In this document: positions 27,996-37,972 of the stretch, one piece after another | Position numbering within the stretch: the first letter of the stretch is position 1 | Layout: each line of letters opens with the position of its first letter | Origin: an uncultured Halobacteriales archaeon | Lineage (GTDB): Archaea > Thermoplasmatota > E2 > JACPAO01 > JAHFTW01 | Direction: 5' to 3' | Assembly (NCBI GenBank): GCA_964627625.1 | Contig: CAZVJB010000004.1 | Span: 3,995-67,994 of the forward strand | DNA: 64,000 nt | Position numbers and translations under genes: made by a program | Notes under the pieces: model-generated | Told to the model about the DNA's origin: nothing | The model's input: only the letters and a program-made list of their open reading frames with translations | Database searches by the model: none

Positions 27996-29765
27996 TCAGC
28001 GCGTCATCTTGAATTGCTTCTCGTAGTATTCCTCGAAGAGCGGCGCAAACCGCAGGCGCTGGTCCTTGCCCGTCGCCGTTTTGGGGATGGCCTCAACGAA
28101 CTGCACGACCTTCGGCGATTTCTCCCATGGGACGCCCTTGGCCTTGAACCAGTCCATAACAATCTGTGGGTTCAGTTGCGCTTCCGTGGTATCGGCTCTC
28201 CGCTCGATGACGGCACCAATCTCTTGGCCGAGTTTCTGCGACTTGAAACCGTACGCGAGGGCGTTCTCGACGCCCGGAATGCTGCGCAACAATTGGTCAA
28301 TCTCGAAGGTGCTGTATTTTTCGCCGCCGCGTTCGATCAGTTCCTTGATGCGGCCGACGATGAAGAAGAACGTGCGGCCCTTCGCGTCCATGGCGCAGAA
28401 TCCTTCGTCGCCCGTCTGCAGCACGCCATACGGGAAGGCCTTGCCGTTGGCCTCGTCGTTATGGAAGTACTCCTTCATCACGCTACGGCCGGAGACGACG
28501 ATTTCGCCCCAGAGGTCGTGCGACGCGGGCTTGCCAAACTGTGCGACGGGGCGGGGCTTGCCGGTGTCGGGGTCGATGATTCCCATCTGGTTGTGGACGA
28601 TGGGAACGCCGATTGAAGGGAATCCGTGGAATGCGATTGCCGTTTGATATTCTGCATCCGTCAAATCGCTCGGAAGGAAGCACGAGTAGCACGTTGTCTC
28701 CGACATGCCCCAGCCGTGCGCGATGCGGATGCCAAACTTGGCGGTGAACGCTTCAGCGACGTCAACGTAGAGTTGCCCGGCGCCACAGACAATTGTCTTG
28801 AACCGCTTGCGTACATCCGTATATTTTCCAAGATCATCGCCGATGTCCGTAAGCGACTTCAACATCGCCGGAACGACGGAGGTGGCGCTGACGTTTTCGC
28901 CGTAAACGCGTTCCCAGAAGAGTTGCGGCTTCCACTTGCGATTAAGAACCACGTTTGCGCCGCACCAGAGTGCGGTAAGGCACGTCGTCACGATGGAGTT
29001 GACGTGGAAGAGGGGCATGGCGGTCATGAATGTGTCCGACTCCGCAAAGCCGTGGTGCAGCGCGATGCCGTGCGCGTCGTAGAGCATCTCGTGGGTGAGA
29101 ACGACGCCTTTGGGGTTTCCCGTCGTTCCCGAGGTGTACACGATGAGGGCATCCGTGTCCAGTTTCTGCGGGCCAAGATCGAATTCGCCCTCGACGCTGA
29201 AAATCATCTCCCCCCACTCGGCGTCGTAGAACTGTCGCTCGCATGATTCGCCGTACGAAACGATTGTGCCTGCTCCGGCCTTGCGCGCGAAGGGGGCTAC
29301 GCGCTTGGCGTACGCGTCCCGAACGAACAGCGCCTTCGCGCGGGCATGGGTGAGAATGAATTCGAGGCGCGCGTCGTCCTCCTTCAGGTTGAGAGGCGCA
29401 ACAACGATTCCGGATGCCCAGGCCGCGTACAACGTGATGAGCGTATCCGCGTGGTTGAATTCGTCCGCGGTTGCGATGCAGTCGCCGGCAACGAGCCCGA
29501 GATCAGCCATGACCTTCGCAGCCTTGCGGACCTCGACCACGAATTCTTGGCGGGTCCAGGAAGCCCGGCTGCGGGCGTCGTCGTCATAGAACGCAAGGAA
29601 CGCCATGTCCGGTTTCTCGCGAGCCCGGCGCTCAAGGAGGTCACCGATACCATCCACGCCGAGGTCAAACGATGGCCAAACGTCGCCGTGGAGGTCCTTG
29701 TGGTCTACGCGGTGGGCCTTGGCGATTAGTTGCGGGACGGATTCCGTTTGGGTGGCCCCGGGCAC
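27996..29765 (-). CDS. acyl-CoA synthetase / class I adenylate-forming enzyme
   Basis: YTSGTTGNPKG, GWGMSET, TGD, GRIKELI, PKTATGK. Confidence 0.93.
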   Translation of the reverse strand: MPGATQTESVPQLIAKAHRVDHKDLHGDVWPSFDLGVDGIGDLLERRAREKPDMAFLAFYDDDARSRASWTRQEFVVEVRKAAKVMADLGLVAGDCIATADEFNHADTLITLYAAWASGIVVAPLNLKEDDARLEFILTHARAKALFVRDAYAKRVAPFARKAGAGTIVSYGESCERQFYDAEWGEMIFSVEGEFDLGPQKLDTDALIVYTSGTTGNPKGVVLTHEMLYDAHGIALHHGFAESDTFMTAMPLFHVNSIVTTCLTALWCGANVVLNRKWKPQLFWERVYGENVSATSVVPAMLKSLTDIGDDLGKYTDVRKRFKTIVCGAGQLYVDVAEAFTAKFGIRIAHGWGMSETTCYSCFLPSDLTDAEYQTAIAFHGFPSIGVPIVHNQMGIIDPDTGKPRPVAQFGKPASHDLWGEIVVSGRSVMKEYFHNDEANGKAFPYGVLQTGDEGFCAMDAKGRTFFFIVGRIKELIERGGEKYSTFEIDQLLRSIPGVENALAYGFKSQKLGQEIGAVIERRADTTEAQLNPQIVMDWFKAKGVPWEKSPKVVQFVEAIPKTATGKDQRLRFAPLFEEYYEKQFKMTR

Positions 29766-29940
29766 GCGTTGGGCAGGCGGGGGCGGGGTTTCAAAGTGAT
29801 GGGGCGACGGGGGACTTTAAGCAGAACGGACAGGCCTTGGTGTGTGCGACCCCCTAGGTCAACGCCCGACCATCCGCCGAACGCGCCGACCCCCCCGACC
29901 GACGACACCAACAAGTGTCCCAATTCACCTTACCCACCAA

Positions 29941-29954
29941 CACAATAAATTGTG
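29941..29954. promoter_or_regulatory. palindromic operator upstream of vapBC
   Basis: CACAAT-AA-ATTGTG in the promoter region. Confidence 0.5.
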
Positions 29955-29988
29955 GGCAATGTTTATGGGCGTTCACATGCAATACAGC

Positions 29989-30270
29989 ATGACCATGGCA
30001 AAGCCCGCCGCCTACGAAGGAAGCCTCGACCACCGAGGCCGCGTGACGATTCGACCCGAATTCCGGGGCAAGTTGGGAACGCGGTTCATCCAGATTCTCA
30101 TGCCCGATGGCGTGCACCTCTACCGGATTCCTGACAAACCGGGGTCGTATGGCGGGAGACTGCGTTCCACCGATGACCACAGCCAAATGGCGTACGAGCA
30201 ATGGGAAAAGGACAGGGAGGAAACGAATGAACGGATCCGCGGACACAAACCTCGTTCTCGCCCTCATTAA
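29989..30270 (+). CDS. vapB: AbrB/MazE-type antitoxin (VapB)
   Basis: LDHRGRVTIRPEFR; overlaps PIN gene. Confidence 0.75.
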   Translation: MTMAKPAAYEGSLDHRGRVTIRPEFRGKLGTRFIQILMPDGVHLYRIPDKPGSYGGRLRSTDDHSQMAYEQWEKDREETNERIRGHKPRSRPH

Positions 30271-30595
30271 CGCAGACGACGCCCTCCACGAAAGGGCCCG
30301 CCGCCACGTCGCCACCGCCGGTCGCCTCCGGATGCCCCTATCCGTAGGCATCGAACTTCTGCAGGTGGCTCGAAAAAAGGACTTGCCCGCGCTCGAACTC
30401 TTGGGCCACGCGGCCCGCGACTTCGACGTCGACCAACTCGACCTCCTGGCGATTGCCGCCAAGTCGATGGCCCGGGGCGAAGTTACAAGCCCCATGGATG
30501 CCGTCCACCTCGCGGACGCCTTCCTGCACGGAACGCCCCTGCACACAGCCGACCGAAAGTTGCAAAAGACAGCGTTTCCGACGATGGCGTGGTAG
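30227..30595 (+). CDS. vapC: PIN-domain toxin VapC
   Basis: ADTNLVLAL, E, MDAVHLA, TADRK. Confidence 0.85.
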   Translation: MNGSADTNLVLALINADDALHERARRHVATAGRLRMPLSVGIELLQVARKKDLPALELLGHAARDFDVDQLDLLAIAAKSMARGEVTSPMDAVHLADAFLHGTPLHTADRKLQKTAFPTMAW

Positions 30596-30664
30596 GCGTC
30601 GCCGTTGACTGATCTCACTTCCCTCCCGGACAGAGTCATTACTCCTCCAGCCATCGTCTAGCGT

Positions 30665-31042
30665 ATGTCCTACCTCTGCTCCGACTGCCGGTTTTCCTTC
30701 ATCACAAACGACCCCTGTGAAACCTTTGTCGCCAACGACCTCGATCAGTGTAGCGCCTGTCGGCACGGCCGCGATTGCCACGCCGGCACGAAGGAGCCCC
30801 ATGAATTGGACCTTGGGGCCCTGCATGATCTGGCGGTCCACGTCGGAGGCGGCCCCGTCGGCTTCAAGCAGGCGCAAACAGCCCTGAAACGGGTGGCTCG
30901 GCTGCTCGCGGCCTCCATGTCATCCTTCGAGTGGGGCGAACACCTCATCAGCGGCCCAGAGGGCGAACCGGGAAAGTGTCAGCACTGCGGCGCCACGTTC
31001 GAGGAGATTCTCGGGGAACTGGGCTGTTCTGCCGTCGACTGA
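30665..31042 (+). CDS. Cys-rich putative Zn-binding hypothetical protein
   Basis: CSDC, CSACRHGRDCH, CQHCG. Confidence 0.6.
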   Translation: MSYLCSDCRFSFITNDPCETFVANDLDQCSACRHGRDCHAGTKEPHELDLGALHDLAVHVGGGPVGFKQAQTALKRVARLLAASMSSFEWGEHLISGPEGEPGKCQHCGATFEEILGELGCSAVD

Positions 31043-31082
31043 CCCCCAATCTCAAGACCCGGCCCCCTGTCGGGCTCCTCAA

Positions 31083-31166
31083 GCCGACGTCGCCTAACCC
31101 GGTAGGGCAGCGGTCTTGAAAACCGCCGCGCGCGAGCGTTTCCAGGTTCAAATCCTGGCGTCGGCG
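31083..31166 (+). tRNA. tRNA-Ser(TGA)
   Basis: GCCGACG/CGTCGGC acceptor, GCGGT-CTTGAAA-ACCGC anticodon arm, long variable arm, GGTTCAAATCC; no encoded CCA. Confidence 0.95.
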
Positions 31167-31524
31167 CTCACCTAGATGGAGAAACGCAGGTCTCACCGGC
31201 GTGGGGAGGACTTCGCGGAGACCAAGGGTTGTCCGATTTCACCCGCCCCCGGCTCGCGGTAAAGGCCGATAGGGCATTCTCCAATTGTGGACGACCTTGC
31301 TGCTTTCGTACTCCGGGCCAACCCCGTTGCGTTTCATCCTGGCATTGCCGGCGTTTTTGCCTTCCTAACCACCAGTTTTTCCGAGGTGGACAAGTGCATG
31401 TCGCGGCATCCGACGCTTGTCGTCTATTCCGTCATCATATGGGGCAAGACCGATTGGCTTGTTCGAGGACTGAATCCTGGAGCGAGAGGCTGGCTTCTGG
31501 CCCTACATGACGGCGGGCAACGGC

Positions 31525-33348
31525 TCAAGCTGTAACAGGCCATACCTTGCTGGCATACTGCCCCATTACGGCGCCGCGCTCGCGTATTTCCGTGCCACCC
31601 CACGCTTTTGGCCACTTTACAGGAATGTCCGAAACCATCTGCAGGCGCGGTCGATTGCCTCCATCGCTTTCATCGTCTGTGGACGATTTGCCATCGTACA
31701 GGCGATAGACACCATATTTCTTCAAAGGGTCCGCATTTTTCAGGCTCTGGTTGTCAGAATTTAGGAGCAGCGTGACGTTCCCAATGCGATGCACCATTCG
31801 GTCGTAGTCCTCCCCTTCCTTTGGCGAGTAGCCCTTTGGTTTCGTTTGGGGAAGTATATGTTCTACGTGCCAACGATCTGGTCCTACCAACTCTATGCTG
31901 TTGAGGGCCTGGTGCTCTGCAATACGGTAGAGGATAAATCGGGTCTGATCGACGTTTGAGCAATCGAGCTCGCCCCAATCCAGCGTCCCACCGACGCCAT
32001 TCGCGTCACACATTTCATGACAAATGCGTCCCAACTCGCCGGCTGGATTTCCTTTCTCACGGGCTGCTTGGCATAATTTTCCAATCTTGGATTCGACTAC
32101 ACTGCCACGCACGTCCTTCGTGAAGAACAGCCGGACGTACACTCCTTCAAGGAGGCGAAGGGTGCCGGCCAACATTTTCTGTGATTCCTTTTCCGTAAGG
32201 GAGAACCCCTTGTTTCGAACGAGGGCCATGAGAACCGGTGTTCCTTGTTTGAAATCAACGTGCGACCAATCGCGAAGCGCTCGCTCTAGGGCTCGCTCCA
32301 CTTTCACTTTCTGGTAGGCGGGATGATCGTCATGGAAACGTCCATGGGTAAAAGCCCAGAACCACCAAGCGTCTTCACGCCACTTATCGAGTGCGTCTCG
32401 AATGTCTTCCTTCGTTTTCAGCACGTCCCGATAGACACTGTAGACTTGCTTCCTGGGAACAAACTTGAAATTTGCCTCGTACCAATATCTTAGGAAATCT
32501 ACACCGCGATCGGGCCCAACGACCTCCATGATTTCGTCCCACTCGGAAGCAATTTCCTCGCGAACCTTAGTTCCGGAAAGCCGACTCAATAGAAGGTTCT
32601 TGATCAAGTCGCTTTGTGCCAAGGGAAGGTTTTTGCTGTTCAAGGACTCAAAGACGGCATAGGGGTTGTGTGGCTTGCTAACCTCGATTACCCCGAATCG
32701 AATTCGGTTTGCGATTACGTCGTGAATCTCATCTGCCATTCTTACGACCTGCTTTCGCTGGACGCCTTCGTCCTCCAGGTCAATACCCCTGGTCCGCGCA
32801 TCCGTATTTATGATCAGGTCAAGCTGTTCGTTTACAGTTTTCCAGCCCCGTAGAATTCGAGAACGCCCCGGCTTGGCACCCTTCCCTTTGCGAATCAAAG
32901 CCTCGTAGTTTGGATTGTCCCGCTGGCTGCACCGAAGGCGCAGCGGCGCGTTGTCTATCTCTTCAGTCGTCAGATTTGCGGCCGGTTCAGAATACAATAG
33001 TTGTAGCAGGTTTTGCTCCGTTGCTGTGCTTTCAGCCTTCGCCTTGCGGAGCTTGTGCACGAGAGCCGCCACGACCAAACTCAACGTGACCAATCGCTGC
33101 TGCCCATCTATGAGGTCAAGTTGGTCCGTCCCATCGTGCGGTTCATCGTTGAAAACGAGCGTTCCCAGAAACAAGGCACGGTCTGCCCGCCGTTTCGGAA
33201 TCTCAGACTCAATATCATTGAGGAGTTCCTCGATGTGCGTATTCTTCCAGGAATAGTCTCGCTGGTAGATGGGTACCGAAATTGTATCTTGGTCCGTCAT
33301 CAACGTAAGGAGGGTCCTGTCGTCTACACGGATACCGCCGCCAGCCAT
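31525..33348 (-). CDS. gmrSD: GmrSD-type (DUF262 + DUF1524 HNH) type IV restriction endonuclease
   Basis: PIYQRDYSW, IDGQQRL, FESLNSK.LPL..SDL; VEHILPQ...IGNVTLL..N..LKN; visibly lower GC. Confidence 0.9.
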   Translation of the reverse strand: MAGGGIRVDDRTLLTLMTDQDTISVPIYQRDYSWKNTHIEELLNDIESEIPKRRADRALFLGTLVFNDEPHDGTDQLDLIDGQQRLVTLSLVVAALVHKLRKAKAESTATEQNLLQLLYSEPAANLTTEEIDNAPLRLRCSQRDNPNYEALIRKGKGAKPGRSRILRGWKTVNEQLDLIINTDARTRGIDLEDEGVQRKQVVRMADEIHDVIANRIRFGVIEVSKPHNPYAVFESLNSKNLPLAQSDLIKNLLLSRLSGTKVREEIASEWDEIMEVVGPDRGVDFLRYWYEANFKFVPRKQVYSVYRDVLKTKEDIRDALDKWREDAWWFWAFTHGRFHDDHPAYQKVKVERALERALRDWSHVDFKQGTPVLMALVRNKGFSLTEKESQKMLAGTLRLLEGVYVRLFFTKDVRGSVVESKIGKLCQAAREKGNPAGELGRICHEMCDANGVGGTLDWGELDCSNVDQTRFILYRIAEHQALNSIELVGPDRWHVEHILPQTKPKGYSPKEGEDYDRMVHRIGNVTLLLNSDNQSLKNADPLKKYGVYRLYDGKSSTDDESDGGNRPRLQMVSDIPVKWPKAWGGTEIRERGAVMGQYASKVWPVTA

Positions 33349-33537
33349 GGCACGCGCGACGGAGCTTCGATCTTTAGATCCTGCGGCGGGCGGCGTCGTC
33401 CCTCCCAATTGGTGCCTCGATCCCGACTACCCTGATGATTGACCGTTTCCGCACAACCTTCGACCTTTGTCTTACACCCTTTGTCCGATACGCGCCATAT
33501 ACCCTGCCCGAACCTATCAGCGTACGAGGCCGACACG

Positions 33538-34206
33538 ATGCGCCGAACTCTCATCCTGGCAGGAACTATGACCGCCCTTCTGGCCTTGACCGCCTTCGTC
33601 CCCGCCGCAATCGCCGACGGTGACCGCAAGGAAATCAAGGAAGACCGCAAAGAGATCAAAGAGGACCGCAAGGAACTTCGTGAAGACAAGAAGGAGCTTC
33701 GCGATGACCTCAAGGCCTACGTCCTGAAGCACCGCCTGCACGGCAATACGACGCTGGAGCTTTCCGGTTCGGGCGTTGGCCGCGACAATGCGACGTACAA
33801 GTTCACGCTGGAAGCATCGGGCAAGGGCCTGGAGCGCTTCAACCGTGACGGCGAACTGCGTGCCCTTCGCGGCTACATGCTGGCCCACGTTGTAATCTAC
33901 AACGAGACGGGCGACGTCGTGAAGGACGGCGACATGCGCCTCAAGGTCTTCGCCCGCCTCACCGACGACGGCGAATGGAAATGGCAAGTCCAGTCGTGGG
34001 GCAAGCGCGCTGACGGGATGCCTCGCTTGGTACTGCGCGGCGACGCGGAGAAACTCCAACCCGGCGTTTTCCAGTTGGACGGCGCTGGCCACATGACCGT
34101 GAAGATGGACGGCGACGAGAGGTCGACGCCCATCAAGGTGAATGATGTCTCAGGCACGTTCACCCGCGAACTCCGGCCTGCCCTCACGCCCGCAGCCGCC
34201 GCCTAG
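33538..34206 (+). CDS. secreted protein with DRKEIKE heptad repeats
   Basis: Signal peptide AIA; repeats followed by beta-rich domain. Confidence 0.75.
   Translation: MRRTLILAGTMTALLALTAFVPAAIADGDRKEIKEDRKEIKEDRKELREDKKELRDDLKAYVLKHRLHGNTTLELSGSGVGRDNATYKFTLEASGKGLERFNRDGELRALRGYMLAHVVIYNETGDVVKDGDMRLKVFARLTDDGEWKWQVQSWGKRADGMPRLVLRGDAEKLQPGVFQLDGAGHMTVKMDGDERSTPIKVNDVSGTFTRELRPALTPAAAA
33622..33705 (+). repeat. 4 x 21-bp degenerate tandem coding repeat
   Basis: gaccgcaaggaaatcaaggaa / gaccgcaaagagatcaaagag / gaccgcaaggaacttcgtgaa / gacaagaaggagcttcgcgat. Confidence 0.8.
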
Positions 34207-34305
34207 CCACTCAAGGGCCTGCCCAAATCAGAGCACAACCACACCCCGAACACCATAGGGCAGGCCTTCCCTCTTACCTCTCCTCCCGTTCGATTTCTTG
34301 CTGGT

Positions 34306-34941
34306 TCACTCGTCGCCTTGGTTCGCAGCCCGCGGACCTGGCACGAAATTCATAAGCGCCACCTGGCCGAACCCCGATTCCGTCCAGCCCACGGCGTTGA
34401 CGCAGCCGTAGTCCTGCGCGAAGGCGAAGCACTCCATGTAGGACCGCTTGAGGACATGGCCGAGAATGGCGCGATTGGTCCCCGCGTGTGCCGCGAGTAC
34501 TACGGAGCGGCCGCGGAATTCGGCCAGGAGTTTGGCGAGGGCGTCCTCGACGCGTGCTGCAAAAGCGTTTCCCGACTCGCCGTCGGGGCACGCAATCGAG
34601 CCCGGGTCCGCCTGCCACGCTTGCGCCTCCGCGGGCCCACGTTGCAAGATTTCGTTCCAGTGCAGGCCGTCCCACTTGCCGAAATCCATCTCCGCGAACG
34701 CGGGCCGGACGTCCACGATTTTGCCAAGAGCAGACGCAAGCGGACGCACCGTGTCCTTGGCGCGGCGGCGCGGGCTCGAGATGACGGCGTCCACGGCAGC
34801 GGACTCCAGGTAGGCACGAATGGCTTCGGCCTGATGCTTGCCCAAAGGAGAAAGGTCCACTTCCGAGGAACCGTTGAAGGCGCCGATCCTGCTGCCTTCC
34901 ACTTCGCCGTGGCGCAGAAACCAGAGGCGGGTAGGCTGCAT
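34306..34941 (-). CDS. histidine phosphatase (PGM/CobC-like)
   Basis: LRHGE, SSPRRRA, EMDFGKWDG, AHAG. Confidence 0.92.
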   Translation of the reverse strand: MQPTRLWFLRHGEVEGSRIGAFNGSSEVDLSPLGKHQAEAIRAYLESAAVDAVISSPRRRAKDTVRPLASALGKIVDVRPAFAEMDFGKWDGLHWNEILQRGPAEAQAWQADPGSIACPDGESGNAFAARVEDALAKLLAEFRGRSVVLAAHAGTNRAILGHVLKRSYMECFAFAQDYGCVNAVGWTESGFGQVALMNFVPGPRAANQGDE

Positions 34942-35000
34942 GGCGCGGCCGACTTGTACCCCGCTCATGACGCTTTGCCGCCGCAAGGTTCAAGTCGTAG

Positions 35001-35033
35001 GTATGACTATAGTATGACTACAGTATGACTTCA
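35001..35033 (+). promoter_or_regulatory. three 11-bp direct repeats overlapping RHH gene start (operator)
   Basis: GTATGACTATA GTATGACTACA GTATGACTTCA. Confidence 0.7.
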
Positions 35034-35303
35034 ACCAAATTCTCCATCTCCGTGACGGCCGAACTGGCCGGAGCGTTGGCGCAGTTGGCCAAAGAACGCC
35101 GCGACGACCGGAGCCGGCTAATCGAGATGCTCCTGCGCGAGAATCCACTTGTGGCCGCTAAGGTTTCGGCGCTGCGCGGGCCCGCCAACCCAGGAACAAA
35201 GAATGGCCGCGACATCGAAAAACTGCTTGCCCTTGGGCGAATTGCCCAGCGGCAATGGCGAATGAAGGTCGACGCCGGAAAGTTGGGTTTCCTTGCCCGC
35301 TGA
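35025..35303 (+). CDS. ribbon-helix-helix (CopG-like) protein
   Basis: KFSISVTAELAGALAQLA...DRSRLIEMLLRE. Confidence 0.8.
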   Translation: MTSTKFSISVTAELAGALAQLAKERRDDRSRLIEMLLRENPLVAAKVSALRGPANPGTKNGRDIEKLLALGRIAQRQWRMKVDAGKLGFLAR

Positions 35304-35856
35304 GGCCGGCACCGCGTTTCGCAACGAGTTGCGCCGCGTTCTTCCGGGACGATCGGAATCCGATCAGAAGTTCCTCCTGTTGGGAATTCTGACCAAGCAT
35401 CTGGAAGGAATTGACCGACCCGTGCTGGTCGGCGGCTCGCTCGTTGAACTTTACACGATGGGCGCCGTCGCCTCCGCCGACATGGACCTCGTGGGCGACC
35501 ACCGTAGTGTGGCCAAGTTGCTTCTTGCCGCCGGTTTTCAACTCCGAGGCCGCTACTTTGAAGGCGTCGAATTCCCCGTCCTGGTGGAAGTACCGGGTCA
35601 TTCGTTACGGCCGACCGAATCCGTCGAACCCATCCTATTCGAGGGCTACACATTGTATGCCGTATCGTTGGAGGACTCCATCGTTGACCGCCTCCTTGCG
35701 GCCAAGTTTTGGCGCTCGACGACGGATTGGGAGCGTGCCGTGCTACTTGCTGCAACCCATGCCAAGGCCATCAAGTGGCCGGAGCTGATGAAGCGGGCCG
35801 CCGCAAACGACGTCGCCGATGTCGCCGCAGACCTCCGCACTGCGACAAGGGCCTGA
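35293..35856 (+). CDS. nucleotidyltransferase-fold protein (DUF6036-like)
   Basis: LVGGSLVELYT.G..SADMDLV; EDSIVDRL. Confidence 0.8.
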   Translation: MPAEAGTAFRNELRRVLPGRSESDQKFLLLGILTKHLEGIDRPVLVGGSLVELYTMGAVASADMDLVGDHRSVAKLLLAAGFQLRGRYFEGVEFPVLVEVPGHSLRPTESVEPILFEGYTLYAVSLEDSIVDRLLAAKFWRSTTDWERAVLLAATHAKAIKWPELMKRAAANDVADVAADLRTATRA

Positions 35857-35908
35857 CCTCCGACGGCCTTTTCCCGCCGCCCGCATTCGTCGTGCCGTGG
35901 CGGGCTCC

Positions 35909-36202
35909 ATGTTCGGGGGATTGTTCCGCTACGGAGAAACGGAACTCGAACCCGCGGTGCAGGCCGAGATACTGCTGGAATCGGCGCGCAACGAGGCCCG
36001 CGCGGCCATCCTCGAATTGCTCTTTGCGGTCGGGTTCGGCGTCTGGTACAAGTTTCGCGGCGAGGCGTTCCAGGCCGTCGCCATTTTTGCCGTCATCACC
36101 GTGTTGCCGTTGTTGATTGATGCCCAGCTGCGCCGCCGCGCCGCGCGCCGCCTGCTCGGCTTGGCACCGCATCCGCCAAAGCCGTTGAAGAAAACCGATT
36201 GA
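35909..36202 (+). CDS. small 2-TM hypothetical protein
   Basis: Two hydrophobic helices. Confidence 0.55.
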   Translation: MFGGLFRYGETELEPAVQAEILLESARNEARAAILELLFAVGFGVWYKFRGEAFQAVAIFAVITVLPLLIDAQLRRRAARRLLGLAPHPPKPLKKTD

Positions 36203-36218
36203 CGCGGAACGAACCTTA

Positions 36219-36620
36219 CTATCCCGAGCCTGCCTTCAGGTACGCAAGGCGGCCCTTTTCACGCGCCACGATGACCTGGAGGCCAGATTTCTGGCACTCA
36301 ATCTGGAGTTTCTTGTCATTAGTGACGACGAGCGCACGCAGGCGCCGGGCGACTTCGAGGATGCCATCGTCTCCCATCCGACCGGTTGGCTCCGGCTGGC
36401 AGCGCTCCGACAGTTTGAGGGCCATTTTTGCCGCGCGTCCCAATTCGCCGCGATTTTTCATGAGGTTCTTGAGTTCGGAGACGACGCTTGTCGGAACGTG
36501 CAGCGTGTGGGCGCCCAGGAAATCATCGAGCAGTTCTTCGAGGCGCGTGCCTTCCGTGAATGGCAACAAGAGGGCGTTTGTGTCGAGTACGACGGCTTGC
36601 GAGGCGGCGGTCTCGGTCAT
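36219..36620 (-). CDS. PIN-domain protein (Fcf1/Utp24-like, conserved aIF2-gamma neighbour)
   Basis: VVLDTNAL, EL, GDD, VTNDKKL; ATGA overlap with aIF2g. Confidence 0.88.
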   Translation of the reverse strand: MTETAASQAVVLDTNALLLPFTEGTRLEELLDDFLGAHTLHVPTSVVSELKNLMKNRGELGRAAKMALKLSERCQPEPTGRMGDDGILEVARRLRALVVTNDKKLQIECQKSGLQVIVAREKGRLAYLKAGSG

Positions 36621-37924
36621 GCTTTCAGAACGCCGTAGCCGATGAGACGCCAACGGCCACCGACGCGGCGGCTGACGGCGATGCGCGAATCATCTTGGAC
36701 TGCGACGGGCAGTTTCAGGACCGCCTCGACCTGGTTGTTGACCGACTTCAGAACCATCCCGACAGTCGTCGCCGTGCCGACGTTGAGCATGAGAGGTTCC
36801 TTGACCTTAATCGGTTCCACGGCAGCCTCGTCTTCGGCGCCAACGACGCGGTCCAGAAGTGTCACGTTCATGACCATCCGATCCACCGTCTTCGGGAGTT
36901 TTCCCGGATAGCCGAGCGCGCGCCCGACAAGGTTGTCCGCCTTGGTGACGCTCGGATCGAGCTCAGTGCCGACGGCGATAAGGCCGCCGGGGCCGGCGCG
37001 TTCAACCTGTTGGTTGCCGCAGAACAGCGTGACGATCTTGCTGCGCAGCGGCTTGTACGTCGCCTTGCCGTCCGGTGTCTCGATGCGCAGGCCAGGCGTC
37101 ACCTCAATTTCGTCGCCGACCTTGATGGTCCCCCGGGCTAGCGAGCCGCCCATGACGCCGCCTTTGAGTTTCTCTGGTCGGGTGCCGGGCTTGTTGATGT
37201 CGAAGCTGCGGGCCACCAGCATCACCGGCTCAGCCTTGGGATCATGTTTGGGCGTTGGGATTGTCCTTTCGATGGCCTCGATGAGGGCACTCAGGTTGAC
37301 ATCGTGGTGCGCCGAAATCGGGATGACCGGGGCGTGCTCAGCGACGGTGCCTTTGACAAACGTCTGAATTTCCCTGTAGTTCTCCATCGCCCGCTTTTCG
37401 TCGACGAGGTCAATCTTGTTTTGCACGATGACGATGTTCTTGGCACCGGCAATCTGCAAGGCCATGAGGTGCTCGCGCGTCTGCGGCTGCGGGCACTTTT
37501 CATTGGCGGCCACGAGGAGGAGGGCGCCGTCCATGAGGGCAGCGCCGGAGAGCATGGTCGCCATGAGTGTTTCATGGCCCGGGGCGTCAACGAAGCTCAC
37601 GCGGCGAATCTTCTGCGGTGCGCCGGCCAAGTGCGCGTCGTCGATCTTCGTCGTATAAAGGTCGTGGCCTTCCTTGTCCTTGCCCTTGAAGAAAGTCGTA
37701 TCCGCGTAACCCAGCTTGATGCTGATGCCGCGCTTGATTTCTTCCGAGTGCTCGTCGGTCCATTTGCCGGAGAGCGCCTTGGTGAGCGTTGTCTTTCCGT
37801 GGTCAACATGTCCGATTAGGCCGATATTCACCTCGGGCTGCTCAAAGCCGGCGACGGCCGCGTCGGAACCTGCCTCTTTGGCCGGTGCCGGCAGAGTCTC
37901 CGTCGTCGCCTTCTTCGTCGCCAC
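36617..37924 (-). CDS. eif2g: translation initiation factor 2 gamma subunit
   Basis: QPEVNIG, GHVDHGKT, RGISIKLGYA, DAPGHE, NKID, WRLIGYG. Confidence 0.98.
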   Translation of the reverse strand: MATKKATTETLPAPAKEAGSDAAVAGFEQPEVNIGLIGHVDHGKTTLTKALSGKWTDEHSEEIKRGISIKLGYADTTFFKGKDKEGHDLYTTKIDDAHLAGAPQKIRRVSFVDAPGHETLMATMLSGAALMDGALLLVAANEKCPQPQTREHLMALQIAGAKNIVIVQNKIDLVDEKRAMENYREIQTFVKGTVAEHAPVIPISAHHDVNLSALIEAIERTIPTPKHDPKAEPVMLVARSFDINKPGTRPEKLKGGVMGGSLARGTIKVGDEIEVTPGLRIETPDGKATYKPLRSKIVTLFCGNQQVERAGPGGLIAVGTELDPSVTKADNLVGRALGYPGKLPKTVDRMVMNVTLLDRVVGAEDEAAVEPIKVKEPLMLNVGTATTVGMVLKSVNNQVEAVLKLPVAVQDDSRIAVSRRVGGRWRLIGYGVLKA

Positions 37925-37972
37925 GAGGCGGCCAGGAAAGGCCCGGTTAAAAGCGTACAGCGGTCGGGGCCA

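Noticed and set aside
31170..33440. Integrated element with att sites at tRNA-Ser
   Set aside because: No integrase and no duplicated tRNA 3' end found by eye
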